A stretch of DNA of 64,000 nt from Psilocybe cubensis (lineage: Eukaryota). The position numbers were made by a program, and so were the translations under genes. Location of the stretch: positions 1,240,001-1,304,000 of the forward strand of contig CM038998.1 of the NCBI GenBank assembly GCA_017499595.2, given 5' to 3'. The notes under the pieces were generated by a model. It made no database searches. It was given only the letters and a program-made list of their open reading frames with translations, and was not told where the DNA came from. The stretch's first letter is position 1; every line of letters starts with the position of its first letter. Below are positions 23,505 to 43,200 of this stretch, one piece after another.

Positions 23505-24708
23505 TCAGTCCAAAGCATAAAGTTCCACTATGTCGGAAATCCTAACATTTGCCTTCGATTCGTACTTGGAAAGAAGGAGGTCAAGTTGGATAGAAGGGCC
23601 TGACATCGAACGTTTACTCTTCACGTAATGGGACCATGCGTCCTGTACTGCCATAATAACATTGGTTATGACTCCGATAGTAGCTGAACGCCCTCCGAAA
23701 GTTTCCAAGGACGAACATCCCGTCAGAAGCAGCCTCCTACTGAGAGATGTGAGGTGTGCTTCATCTAGTTCGCTCCGCCCAAAGTAAAACATTAGAAAAA
23801 AATAATAAGGATGTTTGAAGAATGCATCTCCAACAGATTGCGTCGCTACTTCCCAAGCAAATTTTAAGGGCGTAAATCCTTCGTTCAGTGAAACGGCTTT
23901 TTTCACTAGAAAAAGGGCATGATTGGGCTCTGATGATTGGATATCTTCGATATTCACAATTTCCCTTGACCCGATCCATGCAATACCTTCGATTAGTTGC
24001 AACTTATACAGGACTAGAAAGATTTTTGAGCTGCCGTTGCAAAAATATAACAAGCAAGGTGGGTAGACTGACCGGAGGATAGTTTCTGCTGGTTGATGTA
24101 TTCAAAAGCATATCCGGCAAAGCACACTGACATCGGCAAACATGTCAGTGGGTAAAAAATTATAGAAAATATCCACAGACATTTCTTTGGACTTGATATC
24201 TTCTGCAGATGCAGCATAGCATCAAAATTGAGGTCACCATCTACAGTCATAGCACCGACTTTGAATCCTGTCACAAGAGGATTTTTCTTGAAGTATTTTA
24301 TGTCTTCCCTGATTTCCTTTAGCTCATCAGAGTTGTAGACAAGATCCCCTGTTCTTGGACGAATAACCATCTAATTCAATAGAGTAACGAATCGCCATTA
24401 GGTACATTGCGTTTGAACATTTGAAAGTTGTGGTCAGAATTTGGGACTTACAGTTACTTCAAATGAGGTTCTATCTCCGCCTCTTGCTGTTAGTCCGTTT
24501 TCAGTAGCCTTCATAATTAGTGCGAAGTTATGAAATGTCGTTGTGATGCCCTCAGTACCAACGATTTCTATGCCATTGGCGCCGGCTTCGACAACGCTGG
24601 ATCAAGTTAATCAAACAAGTAATGAGTGGTGATAACAAACAAAATGACTAACGCTCTAGCAAACTCGGGGGTATTGACAGAAAATTCAATGTATGGGGTA
24701 GCCGACAT
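23505..24708 (-). CDS. Divergent CutC-like paralog
   Basis: Spliced product: MSATPYIEFSVNTPEFARA^VVEAGANGIEIVGTEGITTT...EVT^MVIRPRTGDLVYNSDELKEIREDIKYFKK...GFKVGAMTVDGDLN...^LCFAGYAFEY...^VLYKLQLIEGIAWIGS. It aligns with the CutC at 16928 and shares four intron positions. The C-terminal model is less certain. Confidence 0.75.
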
Positions 24709-25811
24709 CTTTATCAAACAATAGTCCAAGAGTTAGTCAGTGGGCGGGATAGGTGGGTCGATGAGGTGAAGAGCACCCTTATAAACGCTCACAAGCATAC
24801 AAAGCAACGTCTTATGCGCGTCAGTGCCACATAACAACTTGATGAAATATTCTACTGGCCTAACACGTTTGCAAAGTATGCTTTGGCCAAAGCATTGAGG
24901 CCAGATAGATGGGTCTGCAAACCGCATTGGGGGTACTGTTTGGCTTCATGTAGGCCATTGGTGCCAATGTCATCTATGATTGTACAAGTTTATGGTCGAC
25001 GGCCCTACAATCCACATATGAGATGGAGGCCAGCTCATCGCACATTTGTCTTGTTTATTGGCGGGCCATTCAAGTTCCAGGGACTGACAAGAGATTTCTG
25101 ATCGTAGATTCAGGTAACGTTCAGGATTGGCCACATTTGACTACGACAGTAGATTGTAGGATTCCACCAAACGGGTAGACGATGCCCAAGAAGCCTGAGT
25201 CTCTAATGACTTGAAGTATCACCAATGGCTATCTCGATTGCTCTCAACGCAGCTGCCAGCCTTTGAGACGTGATTTGGACGTAATCATGAAGAACTTGCT
25301 CAACTTCAAAAGTCAGAGCTCCAGAAATTACGTGAAATTTCTCTCACGATGATTCCAAGCAACTTGCAGTGAGTTTTCGCAGTGTCGACAGACGTCAGAA
25401 AGCTAGAGCAATCGCATTGACGCAATTGCATTGACACCATTGGCCTGGAATATTTATATGTTCTGGTAGACATCACGTGCACTTCAAGATCATTAATTGG
25501 CCCATTTTCACTCTTGAATCTTGATCCCTTCATCATTTTGTCAGCGTGTTGCTGCTGAGGATAGTTGTTTGCAGTATCGATAAAAAAACGTCTTCCATGT
25601 GAGTGTGCATATGTACAAAACTCGGGTAGAACTCATAAAGTTTTCGTAGTGACATATCTGTGCGATCTGAAGTTTGGTGCAGAGCACCACTTACCCCACT
25701 ATTGAAGCGAAATCTTATATGAGTCAGTCAAAATCTCTACAAAACAACTGTGACGACTCACCGTGTAATATACACCAGCGCAACTGTTTGTAAATTATTG
25801 AAAGACACAAA

Positions 25812-27590
<1,779 letters not shown>

Positions 27591-27786
27591 GGCAATGACC
27601 TCTTGGTGATGACGTTGCGGGGCGACGGTGCGGGGTAAGATCATTTGTGATCATATGACTTTCCCCTTTGGGTCCGATCAGGTTGTGCAGACGATGCTAT
27701 GTTCCATATTCCTGAAACTCTTTTCTCTGCCATGTACTAGTCCACCTTTTCATTATTTATTCTTCTTATCCCAACTATTCGCATGC

Positions 27787-30440
27787 ATGTCTCCTTGGTT
27801 CTTTTCTTCGAAGCGCATTACCCTTCCGAAAGAGCAGCCTACCCAACGCTCGCCTGCTCAATCTCTCCTCCATTATGAAACCGGATCTCCCCCGCCTTCA
27901 GCTCGAGTTGACCCAAAGCTTAAGCTCCAGCCGAGGCGCCCATTGCGTCTTTGGGACTATTGGAAGTTTGGGTTCATTGTCGCTGCGAAAGGTGAGTTCG
28001 ATGACTTGCCATGCTCTTCTCCAGCTCACTCGTATCCAGCTACCGAGGTTACGTCTGATGTTGTCTCCCATCACATATGGGGGCCCCGGCGTAAATCTTG
28101 GGGAATTGAAATGACAATTGTGACCAGCCTTATACGTGGAGCAGAGCGTCATAGCGCAATGGTGGATATTGTGAGCTTTTTGTTCTTTTCAATACTTCAA
28201 TGGTCTGATACATGGTGTAGGGAACCATACGCATGCTTATGGGCATTGGTGGACTAGTACCACTGCCATCCGATGCGCTCGTGTCGCCTGTTACTTTTCG
28301 TGTCAAGAAGCTCAACCTTCGCGGAATTCTAGCAGATTTCGATGCTAAAGAAACTGGTCAGCGTGAGCTCTCTGGAGAATGGGTTGTGGGTCGTAAGACT
28401 TGGCAAAGGATGCAAACAGAATGGAAAGCATCAAATAAACCTACCGTCAGAAGATCACATTCGGTTTCCAGCAGTGAACCCTTCGATTTGAATACGGTCA
28501 GTAACTCTGACTCTATGAAGAGAAAGGAGAGGGTCATCTTGTACATTCACGGGGGTACGTTTACGCCGCATTCCCAAGTTTAGATTCAAGTTGACGTTAG
28601 ACGTTTCCAGGTGCATACTACCTGTCAAGCGCAGCAGCTCAACGAATCATCTCGATCCCGTTGGCGAAATATACTGACTCCCGCGTATTTGGTACGTATG
28701 TTGCTCTTGTTCGGTACATTCTTTTTATAAAACTTTGTTCGCCTCCGGTACAAAAAGCTGTGGATTATCGACTGGCACCCGAAACATGCTTTCCTGGACC
28801 CCTACACGATGTTGTTATCGCATACCTGCGGCTTGTCGAAGACTTGCACATTCCTCCTGAAAATATTATTATTTGTGGGGACAGTGCAGGCGGCGGCCTT
28901 ACACTGGCACTTTTGATGTACTTGCGAGATAATTGTTATACACTTCCGTCAGGTGCAATCCTCATGTCTCCTTGGGTTGGTGAGTGTTTTGCTCACCTAC
29001 ATCCTTACCAATACACTCACGTCAATTCAAATATAAGATTTGACCATGAGCTGCGAGTCTTGGGATTCAAATGCAACTTACGACGTCGTACCCTTCCCCA
29101 CAGCCGATAATCACATGAATCCCATCGCCCTCTATCTCGGGGAACACACCGAAGAATATCTGACTCATCCGTACGCAAGTCCACTTTTCGGAGACTTCAG
29201 GGGACTTCCACCTCTGCTTGTGCAAGCTGGTGACGCTGAGGTGCTGCGGGATGAGATTACGTTATTAGCCCATAAAGCGACCATGGCTGGTGTACAAGTA
29301 ATGCACGAGCTCTACGAGGATGCTGTAAGTTCCTTCAGGCGAATCTCTGTCCGTATGACATACTTAAATTCATATGCGTACCAGATCCATGTCTTTCAAG
29401 CATATCCGTTTTTGGACGCCTCTCGTCGATCCTTCGAATCGATGCGTAATTTCGTACGAGACGTTCTGCCCAAGTACCAGAGCCGATCGCCTCAACTTCT
29501 TGCGTCTATTGCCGAGCTAGGAATGGAGCGAGAAATCGAAACAGAGAGGTCGGTGTTTGTGGGTGGAGATGGATTGGAGGAGAAGATGCAAGACAGGAAA
29601 CTGTCGGTTGATAACGTAAATTGTGGGAAAGACGGTGGCATTTATGAGAGGACGATTGGCATGGACGACTCTGAAGATAGCGATACTGCAAGCTGGGTGC
29701 GATCACCCGCCTGGTCGTCGAGGCCTCTAGCTGCTGCCAAAGGATCTCCCATAAACAGCCTGAAGGTATTTGAGGCTGATAAAGGCGATTTTGAGCATAT
29801 CGAAAATAGCGATGTCAAAGACGTTCCATACTTTTACCTTTCGCCGCCTATCGAATCATCCCTGCCTCGCCATTCCGCTCCCGTCCTTCCATCTAGGCCA
29901 ACCCTTTCAACGTTTTTGTCTAATTCATCGACGAATGATGCATCATCTCCCGATCCGTCACCAGCTCCAATTTCAGACGAGAGGGGACCCCGGCGGATAC
30001 AGTCGACGAGTTCATTACTCAAGGCATTTTCGTCAGCTCATGACCAACAACTTGCTGAAGTTCAATCGTCTCAGCCGCATTATCATTCTATGCGTTCTCC
30101 TATTCATCGTAGTTTTGGATTTAACCTGTTTAGCTCGACACACTCACTTAGCGCTAAGCGCCAACGTCGCTCACGTTCAACAGCTAGTCTCATAGGAGAT
30201 ACGACACCACCACCATCACCACTTCCTTCTCCTTCTATTCGAAAGAGAAGGTTGTCATCAGCATTGGCAATGACAAGCTGTAATGGCTCTAAAACTTTGT
30301 CTACGACTGAAGCAACGGCGTCGGCGTATACTGATGATTGTCAAGAGGACATCAAGACTCTCGTTGATGAATGGACACGGACTGGCCCTGCAAACCAGAC
30401 CGTAGTTGTCAGTGCCCATCCATCAATAGCGAATCGGTGA
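27787..30440 (+). CDS. Hormone-sensitive-lipase-family alpha/beta hydrolase (esterase) with Ser-rich C-terminal tail
   Basis: ILYIHGG-AY, VDYRLAPETCFP, nucleophile GDSAGG, LMSPWV, LPPLLVQAGDAEVLRDE, HVFQ. Multiple introns. Confidence 0.9.
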
Positions 30441-31450
30441 CCTGTGCAGGAGCCGAAAACGATGAGATGGCGAATATTCAGTCGTCTCCGTTTCGAGCTT
30501 CGTTGTGGTACCATACTAGAGGCCACCGACATTTTACTGACTGCATTTCATTACTAACGTCACACTGAATTATCACCATCATGTATCCGTCACCCATATT
30601 CATACCACATCGCACGCATTGTCATGACTCGCACCCGTACATAGTCATAATATCATTGTCCCTAGCAGTACAAAGGGGACCAAGCTCCCCAATGAATCAG
30701 AGGATACTGGATTCTTGATTGAAGTGAGAAGCTCCTTTACATCTGCAAAATCTTGGGAGCGGCTTTGCGAACTTCTGGAGTACAAGCATCTACAAGAATA
30801 TATTGCTAAAACATATATAGCTTGTTTTGGAGTGCCCCGCGTTTTGTTGCATGAAGGCTGAGTGAGGTTCGCATCCGTATCCGCACTATCACGTGTGCTT
30901 CAGCCACGATAAATGATTGTAAGTCGAATAAAGAGAATAGAGGGTTGCTTGAAGAACAGCGGGTTATGTCGCGCATAGATACTTTTTTAAATGTCACAGA
31001 AATTAATACACAAATAATCGTGCCCATCCTTTATATGAATGACGAGGATTTCCCCAGCATCCCATCCTCTTATACAGACCAGTCACAGGTCTACTGGTTT
31101 GTGTATACTTATGAGGGCCATGACGTTGAAACGCGGTCACGTTCGGCTTGTCTCCTTTTCACCTGATCACTGGCGAGTCAAAAATGTCTAGAAAGTCAGG
31201 CTTTTCTTCTCAGGACATCTGCTAATATCTACTGTTTCTATGCAATCTGTCTAGAGTCTTTGCTTCGCCAACTTGAGGGTGGGAAGAAAATCAACTATTC
31301 TTATATTGCTATCAAGAAAGAAGGTTGCCGGCTGCTTTAGAACATTGACAAACCCAGCACTTGTTCAATAGGTAAGAACCCACCAGTCTCACCCTTTTCA
31401 AATTTATACTGACCTGTGTTCATAATTCAATCGTCTCCCTGAAACCTCCC

Positions 31451-33098
31451 ATGGCAGAGGTACCATTCAAAATTGCCGTCTCAGATGAACAGATCGACCA
31501 ACTGCGTCGAAAACTAGAGGCAGCGGTCTTCCCAGATGAATTAGATGAAGCTGGATGGGACTATGGTGCCCCATTAGCCGACATGCGACGCCTGGTTTCT
31601 CGATGGAAAGGCGGTTATGATTGGAGAAAATACGAGGCACAACTCAATGAAGAGTTACCACAGTTTACTCGAGATATAGAGGTCGACGGCTTTGGAAAAC
31701 TCAACATCCATTACGTCCATAAGAAAAGCGAAGTAACAAATGCCATTCCACTGTTGTTTGTTCATGGATGTAAGTGAAATCTTCAAGGGCCACCTTGTTG
31801 TTTTAATTCTGCATTGACTCATATAAATTTTAGGGCCTGGGAGCTTTTATGAAATACGAAAAATATTACCATTACTTACCGACAGCTCTTCAGACCATCC
31901 TAGCTTCCATGTTGTCGCTTTCAGCCTACCAGGATACGGATTTTCTGAGGCCCCAAAGAAGAAAGGATTTGAACTCGTCCAATTTGCAGAGGTATTGTTT
32001 TCAAACCTCTCGGACCGATATCAATAATCTGACATTGTGTATACAAAACGTAAGGTTGGGAATAAGTTGATGGTGGCACTTGGGTATAACGAATATGGTT
32101 CGTTGCATAACACAATAAATCATCGATATCATGCCATGACTCACGTCTCTGTAAATGAACGGCAGTCACTCAAGGAGGCGACTGGGGCTTCTTCGTTGGT
32201 TCAAGTTTTTCAAGAGCCATGTCATATTGCTAACACATATAAAATTGGTAGATAACTCGTAGGTTGGCACAATTGTATGGTCCTAAACATTGTAAAGCAT
32301 GGCACACCAATCTCCCCCTGTGAGTAAACTGTTCTAGACACTGCCTTTACCATTTCTGCACGCTTACTTTAAAATAAAGGGCACCGCCTCCGTATCTAAC
32401 CCGCAATCCTTTAACCTATCTATCCCACCTATTCTCCAGTTATACTGCAGCTGAAAAGCAAGGCATGGAAAGATCTCAGTGGTACTATCAGAAATCAAGT
32501 GGATATTTCCAAGAACAGTCCACGCAGCCTCAGACTCTAGGTTACAGTTTGGCTGATTCTCCGGTCGGCCTGCTCGGGTGGATATATGAGAAGTTGGTTG
32601 TTTGGACCGATGATTATCCCTGGGAAGACGATGAAGGTATGGCCTGTTTCATCTTTAGTATATTTTCGGTTTGATGTTGAAAAGTATATTCAGTCTTGAC
32701 ATGGATTTCCATCTACTGGTTTTCGCGCGCCGGACCTGCAGCGTCTGTGCGAATATACTATGAGGTCTCCAAAGCGAATCCAGGGTTCCTTGGTGGTAAC
32801 CCGAAACCACAGCCAACGACCATTCCAATGGGTCACTCCTATTTCCCTAAAGAGCTCATTATCCCTCCTCGCAAGTACGCTGAAGCCATATCATGCGTGT
32901 ATATTTAAACTCACTATATATAAACGCACTCTTAGGTGGCTTAAAGCACCGAACCTGGTTTTTGAATCTGACCACCAAAAAGGAGGCCACTTCGCTTCTC
33001 ACGAGAGACCGCAGGAGTTGACTGATGATTTGCGCAAAATGTTTGGGCGAGGAGGACCTGCATTCGGTGTCGTACCAGGGAAGAATGGATATGCATAA
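31451..33098 (+). CDS. Epoxide hydrolase (microsomal/EHN type)
   Basis: PFKIAV...YDWRKYEAQLN...PQF; PLLFVHGW-PGSFYE; SLPGYGFS; QGGDWG nucleophile motif; QPQTLGYSLADSPVGLLGWIYEK; GGHFASHE. Confidence 0.94.
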
Positions 33099-33525
33099 TT
33101 CCCGAGAAGTTATAAATCGAATTGTCGTTGTCGACAAAAGTTCTTAGCAATATCTTTCGAATGTACGAGTCTGGCTACGCAGTGCAGGAATCAATGATAC
33201 TTAACATGCGTATATGCTACTTACTTATGAATGAGGAAGCCGAAAGAACTTTGTTTTTTAGTGTTAAAATCTCGTTTTGTACTTGAGAACTGTAAAAAAA
33301 GGTGATAGGGAACAGCTTACAAAACGTCATAAGTAACAAAAGTATTCTGCTGTCAAGCAATACAACGTCGTAGAGTATGCCACCATCGAAGTGTGTAATT
33401 TAAATTATGCTAGTAATCGAATTAAGTCAGTATATCATTAATAATAAAAAAATCCCCCGCAACAGAGCCACGACGAACCAATGCGTGGAATAATACAATG
33501 AGCCGAAGAGTCGAGTGAACATGAA

Positions 33526-35034
33526 TCAATCTCCTGGTCGTCCATTCAATATTTCTTGCCCTTTTCTATGAATCTCTAGTTCTTCGATGACGTTCATAAG
33601 AGCGTTGCATTCCCAGTTCCCAAAAATATAACCTTCGTATAGCATAGTCGTAGCCAACCATGCCACAAACACCGTGAACAGGATAAAGATGGGATTTATC
33701 CAGGAATGCGGCAGCCATGCGGTACCGACGACCACGCCAACTAGGATTAACAGGCATAAGCCGAAGATGATCAACTCTCTGCGCGACCTCTCTCGCGAGA
33801 AGCGAAAACAAGCCGTAAGTGCGTGTATCGTTGCGTTAATAGTTGAGCCTGATAGTTCGCTGGGTTGTTGAAACGGGGGTACCAAACTTGGATCTGTTTC
33901 CTCGTTGGAAAGATCGGTGATAATCTCAAAGGTGGCTTCAAGACCAAAATGGTCTGAGATAGAGAAAGACCGTCCAGGAACAGTTTCTGTGAGCACCACT
34001 TTGGTGTCAACGGCTTTCAAACTCGGTGATGTCTGGCCAGGACGGTTTGGCTGCCGATAGAGAATGTAATCCAGACGCTTACCCCACGTGCCTCGAGCAT
34101 AAAGCTTTCCTGCTGACCAGCTGTTTAGAGGAGAGTCAGCCGTGATGCCAAGTTGCTGAACAGCTTGTTGGGCAGAAACCACATGTGATGCTTGAACGTT
34201 TGGATGGGTGACTGCCCAAGAGTCCTTCAGGGCAGCATGTTGGAAGATGATGGTCATTGGCAAGGTGGTTGGAATGCTGTTAAAATCACCCAGCTGGATG
34301 TTCTTTAGTACACCCAATCGAAACTCTCCCTGATCCACGCTGACATACCGCTAGTACATATCTTCCAACTTCTGCAGCTTGTCGAGCAAGTTTCGAAAAT
34401 TCCCAAGCGTTGACAAGACGGTGTGCTCGATTATACTCAGGTCCATCCTCTCCCCCTTTAGCAAAAAGCTGAACACTTGATTAGATGAAGGGGTCTGAAG
34501 AAGTGTTTCACAGGCATACATGTGTATTGAAGACTTGCACTTGACCGAGGATAGGATGCATGATGACAACATTGGCGGCTGCTTTCCCGACAAACCAGTC
34601 GCCAGCCGCAACATCTAAGGGTGTACCGTTGAGAGAATATGGGTAAATTGATGAGGATATGAAAGGATAACGGCTGAATATGGCGAGACCCGCTCCAAGT
34701 GCACCGCTGGAACCAGAAATGAGTCTGGTGGCCACCTGCTGGAACTGAATAAGAAAAGGCTGACCTATAGAAAAATTTCGAGTGCGGTAAACGGGCAGCT
34801 ATTCTTTTCTGTACTCTTTCATAGTGGGCAAAGACCCATATTTCTTGCAGGGCAATGATATCATAGTCGGAATGGGCCAACTCGTGTGCAATAGTCTCAA
34901 TGCGCTCCTCGAGGTTTTTGGCGACGTATTTGAGACCCCTGGTAATCCATCAGACTCGGGGGATACATAGGATGTAATTCCAGGGAATACCAGCAATTGA
35001 GAGTGAGAACACGGATACGCGACTCGTCTGGCAT
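33526..35034 (-). CDS. ISC1: Inositol phosphosphingolipid phospholipase C (neutral sphingomyelinase family)
   Basis: RVLTLNCW-GLKYVAK; DIIALQEIW; GAGLAIFSRYP; GDWFVGK; FNTH; GDFNS; KRLDYILY; SDHFG; two C-terminal TM helices. Confidence 0.93.
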
Positions 35035-35134
35035 GATGATCGTTGGGGCAAGAGTGACGACGCTATATTTAGGGCAGGCGTGACAGTGTAGATGAACTCA
35101 GAGTCACGTTCAAGTCCCTTTACTTTCAACGACC

Positions 35135-35737
35135 ATGGCCGCGACACCTTCGACTACCCTAACTCCCAATGAGTGCGTTTCACTCAATTCCTCTCCTCTC
35201 CTCGAAACCTAAACTTTATCCTACACCGACAGCATTGAAATCGCGACAAGAGCAGCAGACCATTTCACCCGAATTTACTATACCGCCTATGACTCCGACA
35301 CGCGCCTTGCGGACCTACCTCCGTTTTACCGCGCAAATTCATCTCTAACATGGAATGGGACCCCGTTTCAGGGCGTAGAAGGCTTAAAAGACCTGGTGAC
35401 CAAAATGCCTGCCACAAAACATGAAGTCCAGTCTTTTGATTGCCATCCAATACCAGGTTTGTAACAATTGCGCGCTCTCGCAGGTGCCGTACTAAACTAT
35501 GTCTATTCATTAGGTGCCCAACCACCGTCCCTCTTGATCACTGTTTCAGGGAATGTCATACATGGCAAAGGTCCATCAGGAAATCCGCCCGACACACCTG
35601 CTCGTGCCATAGAAGGCCACCCACGCGTCTTTTCGCAAACCTTTATTTTGGTCCCAGACCCCAATGCCCCTCCCACAAAGCCAGGAGAGGTAGCAAAATA
35701 CTACGTCAGCGCAGATGCCTTGCGATTTGTTGGTTAG
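35135..35737 (+). CDS. NXT1: NTF2-related export protein
   Basis: Three exons give DIEIATRAADHFTRIYYTAYDS...FYRANSSLTWNGTP...KHEVQSFDCHPIP...LLITVSGNVIHG...FSQTFILVP...ADALRFVG*. Confidence 0.85.
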
Positions 35738-36282
35738 ATATTGTAAGTATTAAGATTGTTTCCCAACTTTAATTTGTCCGGTGCTAATCGTTGACAGTTT
35801 GTTGTACTTCTAGCGAATATCATTCATTGTATACGTCAATAACATATAGACTGTATGCCCGAGGAGATGATACCATATTCTTGTTTTCACTTATCTGTAT
35901 CTGTATTAACATTGTTTATATTTTAAAGTGCCCAATAATCGCCATCCTTCCTCTAATTCAGTTTATAATGTTTGATGGACAACATATTCTTGGGGATGTT
36001 TTTGTATATACATCGTACACATAGTTTAATAGCGACGCAAATGACCTTAAAAGTTAATTCATTGCTTCACTTTAATCCACCCATTTATCACCCACTGAGA
36101 TGATTGCAAATGTGTTCACCCACGACAGAAGAATTAAATGCCTAAACCACTTGTAGTATCAGTTTCAGAGCTATAGCCACTAATGTTTGGTATAGTATTT
36201 TTATTAAAAAGAGTAAAACGTTTTCCGGATTACAGCTAGACATACAAAAAAACAAATAAAGCATATTCGATGAAATGTGTCA

Positions 36283-40090
<3,808 letters not shown>

Positions 40091-40243
40091 TTATCGTGAA
40101 GTTGGTATATGACCGAGTTATGAGTAGACTTCAACGGCGGAGCCAATGTTTGATAGCGTAAGCAAACAGATCAACGCACTTCATTTTCTTTTTATCTCCC
40201 ACCAAAATGGTTTCTCGTTACCTCATATTTTACTCTGTTGCTT

Positions 40244-43200
40244 ATGCCACCCAAGAGAGGGATTGTAAAATCTGGAAATGCCGGAAACTCGTCAAAATCG
40301 GATAAGAATAAGACACCCGCTTCTACCACAGATACACCAGGTCCACCACCTCTGTTTCCTCCAGGATCCAAATACCCTTTGAGCATACTTCAAGAAAGGT
40401 AAGACCTATGATTCATCAGCTCTCATATGCATAAAATAACCACCTTTTTTATTATCCCAGATGCCAAAAATTAGGTTGGGAAAAGCCTGTTGTGGATACA
40501 GTGCGAGCCAATGTTATCACGTCTTTCAGCCATCTTAATAGTATGAATAGCGTTCTCGAGGAAGTAGTGGCTTTTCGTTCGTCGTTACCTTGAGTAGACG
40601 CAACCCTAAGACTTCCGAAATTGACCGAGTGCGCATGGAACCGCATCCACCCTACTTCAGACCTACTGCCATGGAAGCCAAACATTGGGGTGCCACTTAC
40701 GCTCTTTATCGTGTTCGTCGGTCTGTATTCATAACGGCGCGTCGGATCTTCATTCTGAATGCGTTTATTCCAACAGTTTTGCAATGGACTTCAACTCAAT
40801 CAGATCCTACCGCCAGGACCTCGCGATTATTGGAAAGAGCTTGCAGCAGAACATAAATCAATTCGAGAGCACCAGAAATGGATGTACGAAGCTGATCCAT
40901 TTTCTGCTCAAAAAGCAGTCGAAGAAAGACAAGCCAAGGCGTCTCAACGAGATGAGTCCAAGTCAGTCGCAGGGAGACAAGCCGAATCTAAGTCCAGCGG
41001 TCACATATCATCTGATTATCCAGAAGTAATAATGGCTTCATCTCTCAGGGAGCTGGTAGAAGATGCCATAAAGAAGGTAAATACACTGACATGGACCTGA
41101 ACAACAGGACTGATTCAAGGTAAATCCGTTTTGCAGAGCATTGAACTTTATCCAGATACTTCCGATTCGTTACGTCTCACGCTCTCCCCTGAAGTAATCC
41201 CAGAAATTGCGCAACAACTCGGACATTTAGACTTCAAGAAATCGCAGATACAAGATGCTACAAAGTTTTTATCGGAGGAATCACCGTTGACTTTCAGTTT
41301 GTTGAGCTCCTTGTCGCCTCTTGAAGCTGCTATCGAATACCTTGTTCTCCACCTACCGGAATGCGACCTCCCACAACGATTTCTACCTTCAAATAACGCT
41401 TCTAATCCATTCATCACCTCAGCTCATTCTGGCCAAGACGATCTAAAAAAGCGTTGGATCGAAGAAAAGGCCGTCAAGGAAGCTGGTTGGCCACTGAATG
41501 CTGTCAATGAATGCACCAAAGTTAATCCCGAATTAATTTTCAAATGGGATTCACTGATGGTCGCCCTTGGGCGAAAATTGGTTGGAAGCCCAATAATAGC
41601 GTCAAATGCTGACGAAAGTGCACCTTACTCTATAGAGGTGGAGGAATACGAAGCTCTTGGTGCTCATCTGGAAGAAGAAGGACACTTGATCTTACCCTTA
41701 TTCAGTGCACCGATCGTCGTTCATATTCTCTTCTCTGAGACAGAGAAATATCCTCGACCAGGCTATATTCCTATATATATCACCTCGGCAACAGCTCCCG
41801 CATATATTCGATTACACCTCCTTTCTAAGTTCTTAAAAGCGATGGAGTCTAGGAGTGAACTAGAACATGGCGAAGGTTTTTTTATGACCGTGATGCGAAT
41901 AATTGAAGAGGCGTGGGCCGACATTGAAGATAATGGCCCACCTAACATCTCAGTAGTGCTCAAGGATCTAATCCCGACTCCTCAAAGATTCATTCGCTCT
42001 ATTACAAATACTCCAACGTCTCCTGTTGTCAAAGGTCCAAACTCAGTGCGGTCGAGACGAATTGATATTCAGGACGATTCAGATATCAAAAGGGCATTTG
42101 ACATGCTAGTGCAAACCGATAAAGTAGTCTGGTGTCACTCTCATGAAATTTGAAAAAAAAATACTAACGGTCTCTCTAGTACAAAGCCATGTTGGAGAAA
42201 AGGATGAAGTTACCGGCTTTCCAAGCCAGAGAAGATTTTCTAGATAAGTTAGAGCGCAACAGAGTTGTTGTGGTCGTTGGAGAGACTGGTAAGCTTATTT
42301 AGGATGTTGTCAATTCTTATTATGACATTGCTTTTATATAGGATGTGGAAAGACAACTCAACGTAACCAAAGGTTTTTTGAAATTATCATTTTATTGAGA
42401 TTTTCGCTTTAGTTCCTCAGTTCATTCTTGATTCTCTCATTCAAACAAACCGTGGTTCTACGGCGTCGATACTTGTCACTCAGCCACGCCGGTTATCAGC
42501 GATCTCAGTTGCAGCTCGCGTTTCAGAGGAACGTATTGAAGACGGCTCTGTTGGATATGCTATTCGAGGTGAAAGCAGGCAAGGAAAAGATACCAAACTT
42601 CTCTTCTGTACTACCGGAGTTGTCTTGAGGCGACTTAGCACCGGAGATACTCTTAAAGATATTTCACACATTGTCGTTGATGAAGTAAATGTGCTTGCTT
42701 TCAGAAAAGTGATATAATAAACTGACCCTTTACACAGGTTCACGAACGATCCATGGACGGCGATTTTCTGTTATTGGAATTGAAAGAACTTCTCAAGGTT
42801 CATCCAACATTGAAAGTTGTTCTCATGTCAGCCACTATTAACCACGAAACATTTGTCAAATATTTTGACGATGCACCTCTTCTTACTATTCCGGGCTTCA
42901 TGCATCCTGTCGAAGACAAGTGTGTTTTTCAATTACCATTTCCTTTGGACATCCTAACGGCATCATTAGGTATCTTGAAGACATATTATCTGAAACCAAC
43001 TATAGACCCCCTGTAGTCAGACAGACCAAAGAAAAATTACAAACGACACGCAGACTAAAAGAAGAGCATGAAGCTGAAGGTATCTCTAGCTTAGTTGCAG
43101 AAGGCATTCAAAATATCATGCGGTCAGATAGAATTGATTACCAGGTAAGCGCTGCTATCATCACATCCATTAAAGTATTTAACTCGCATTTTTCAGTTAA

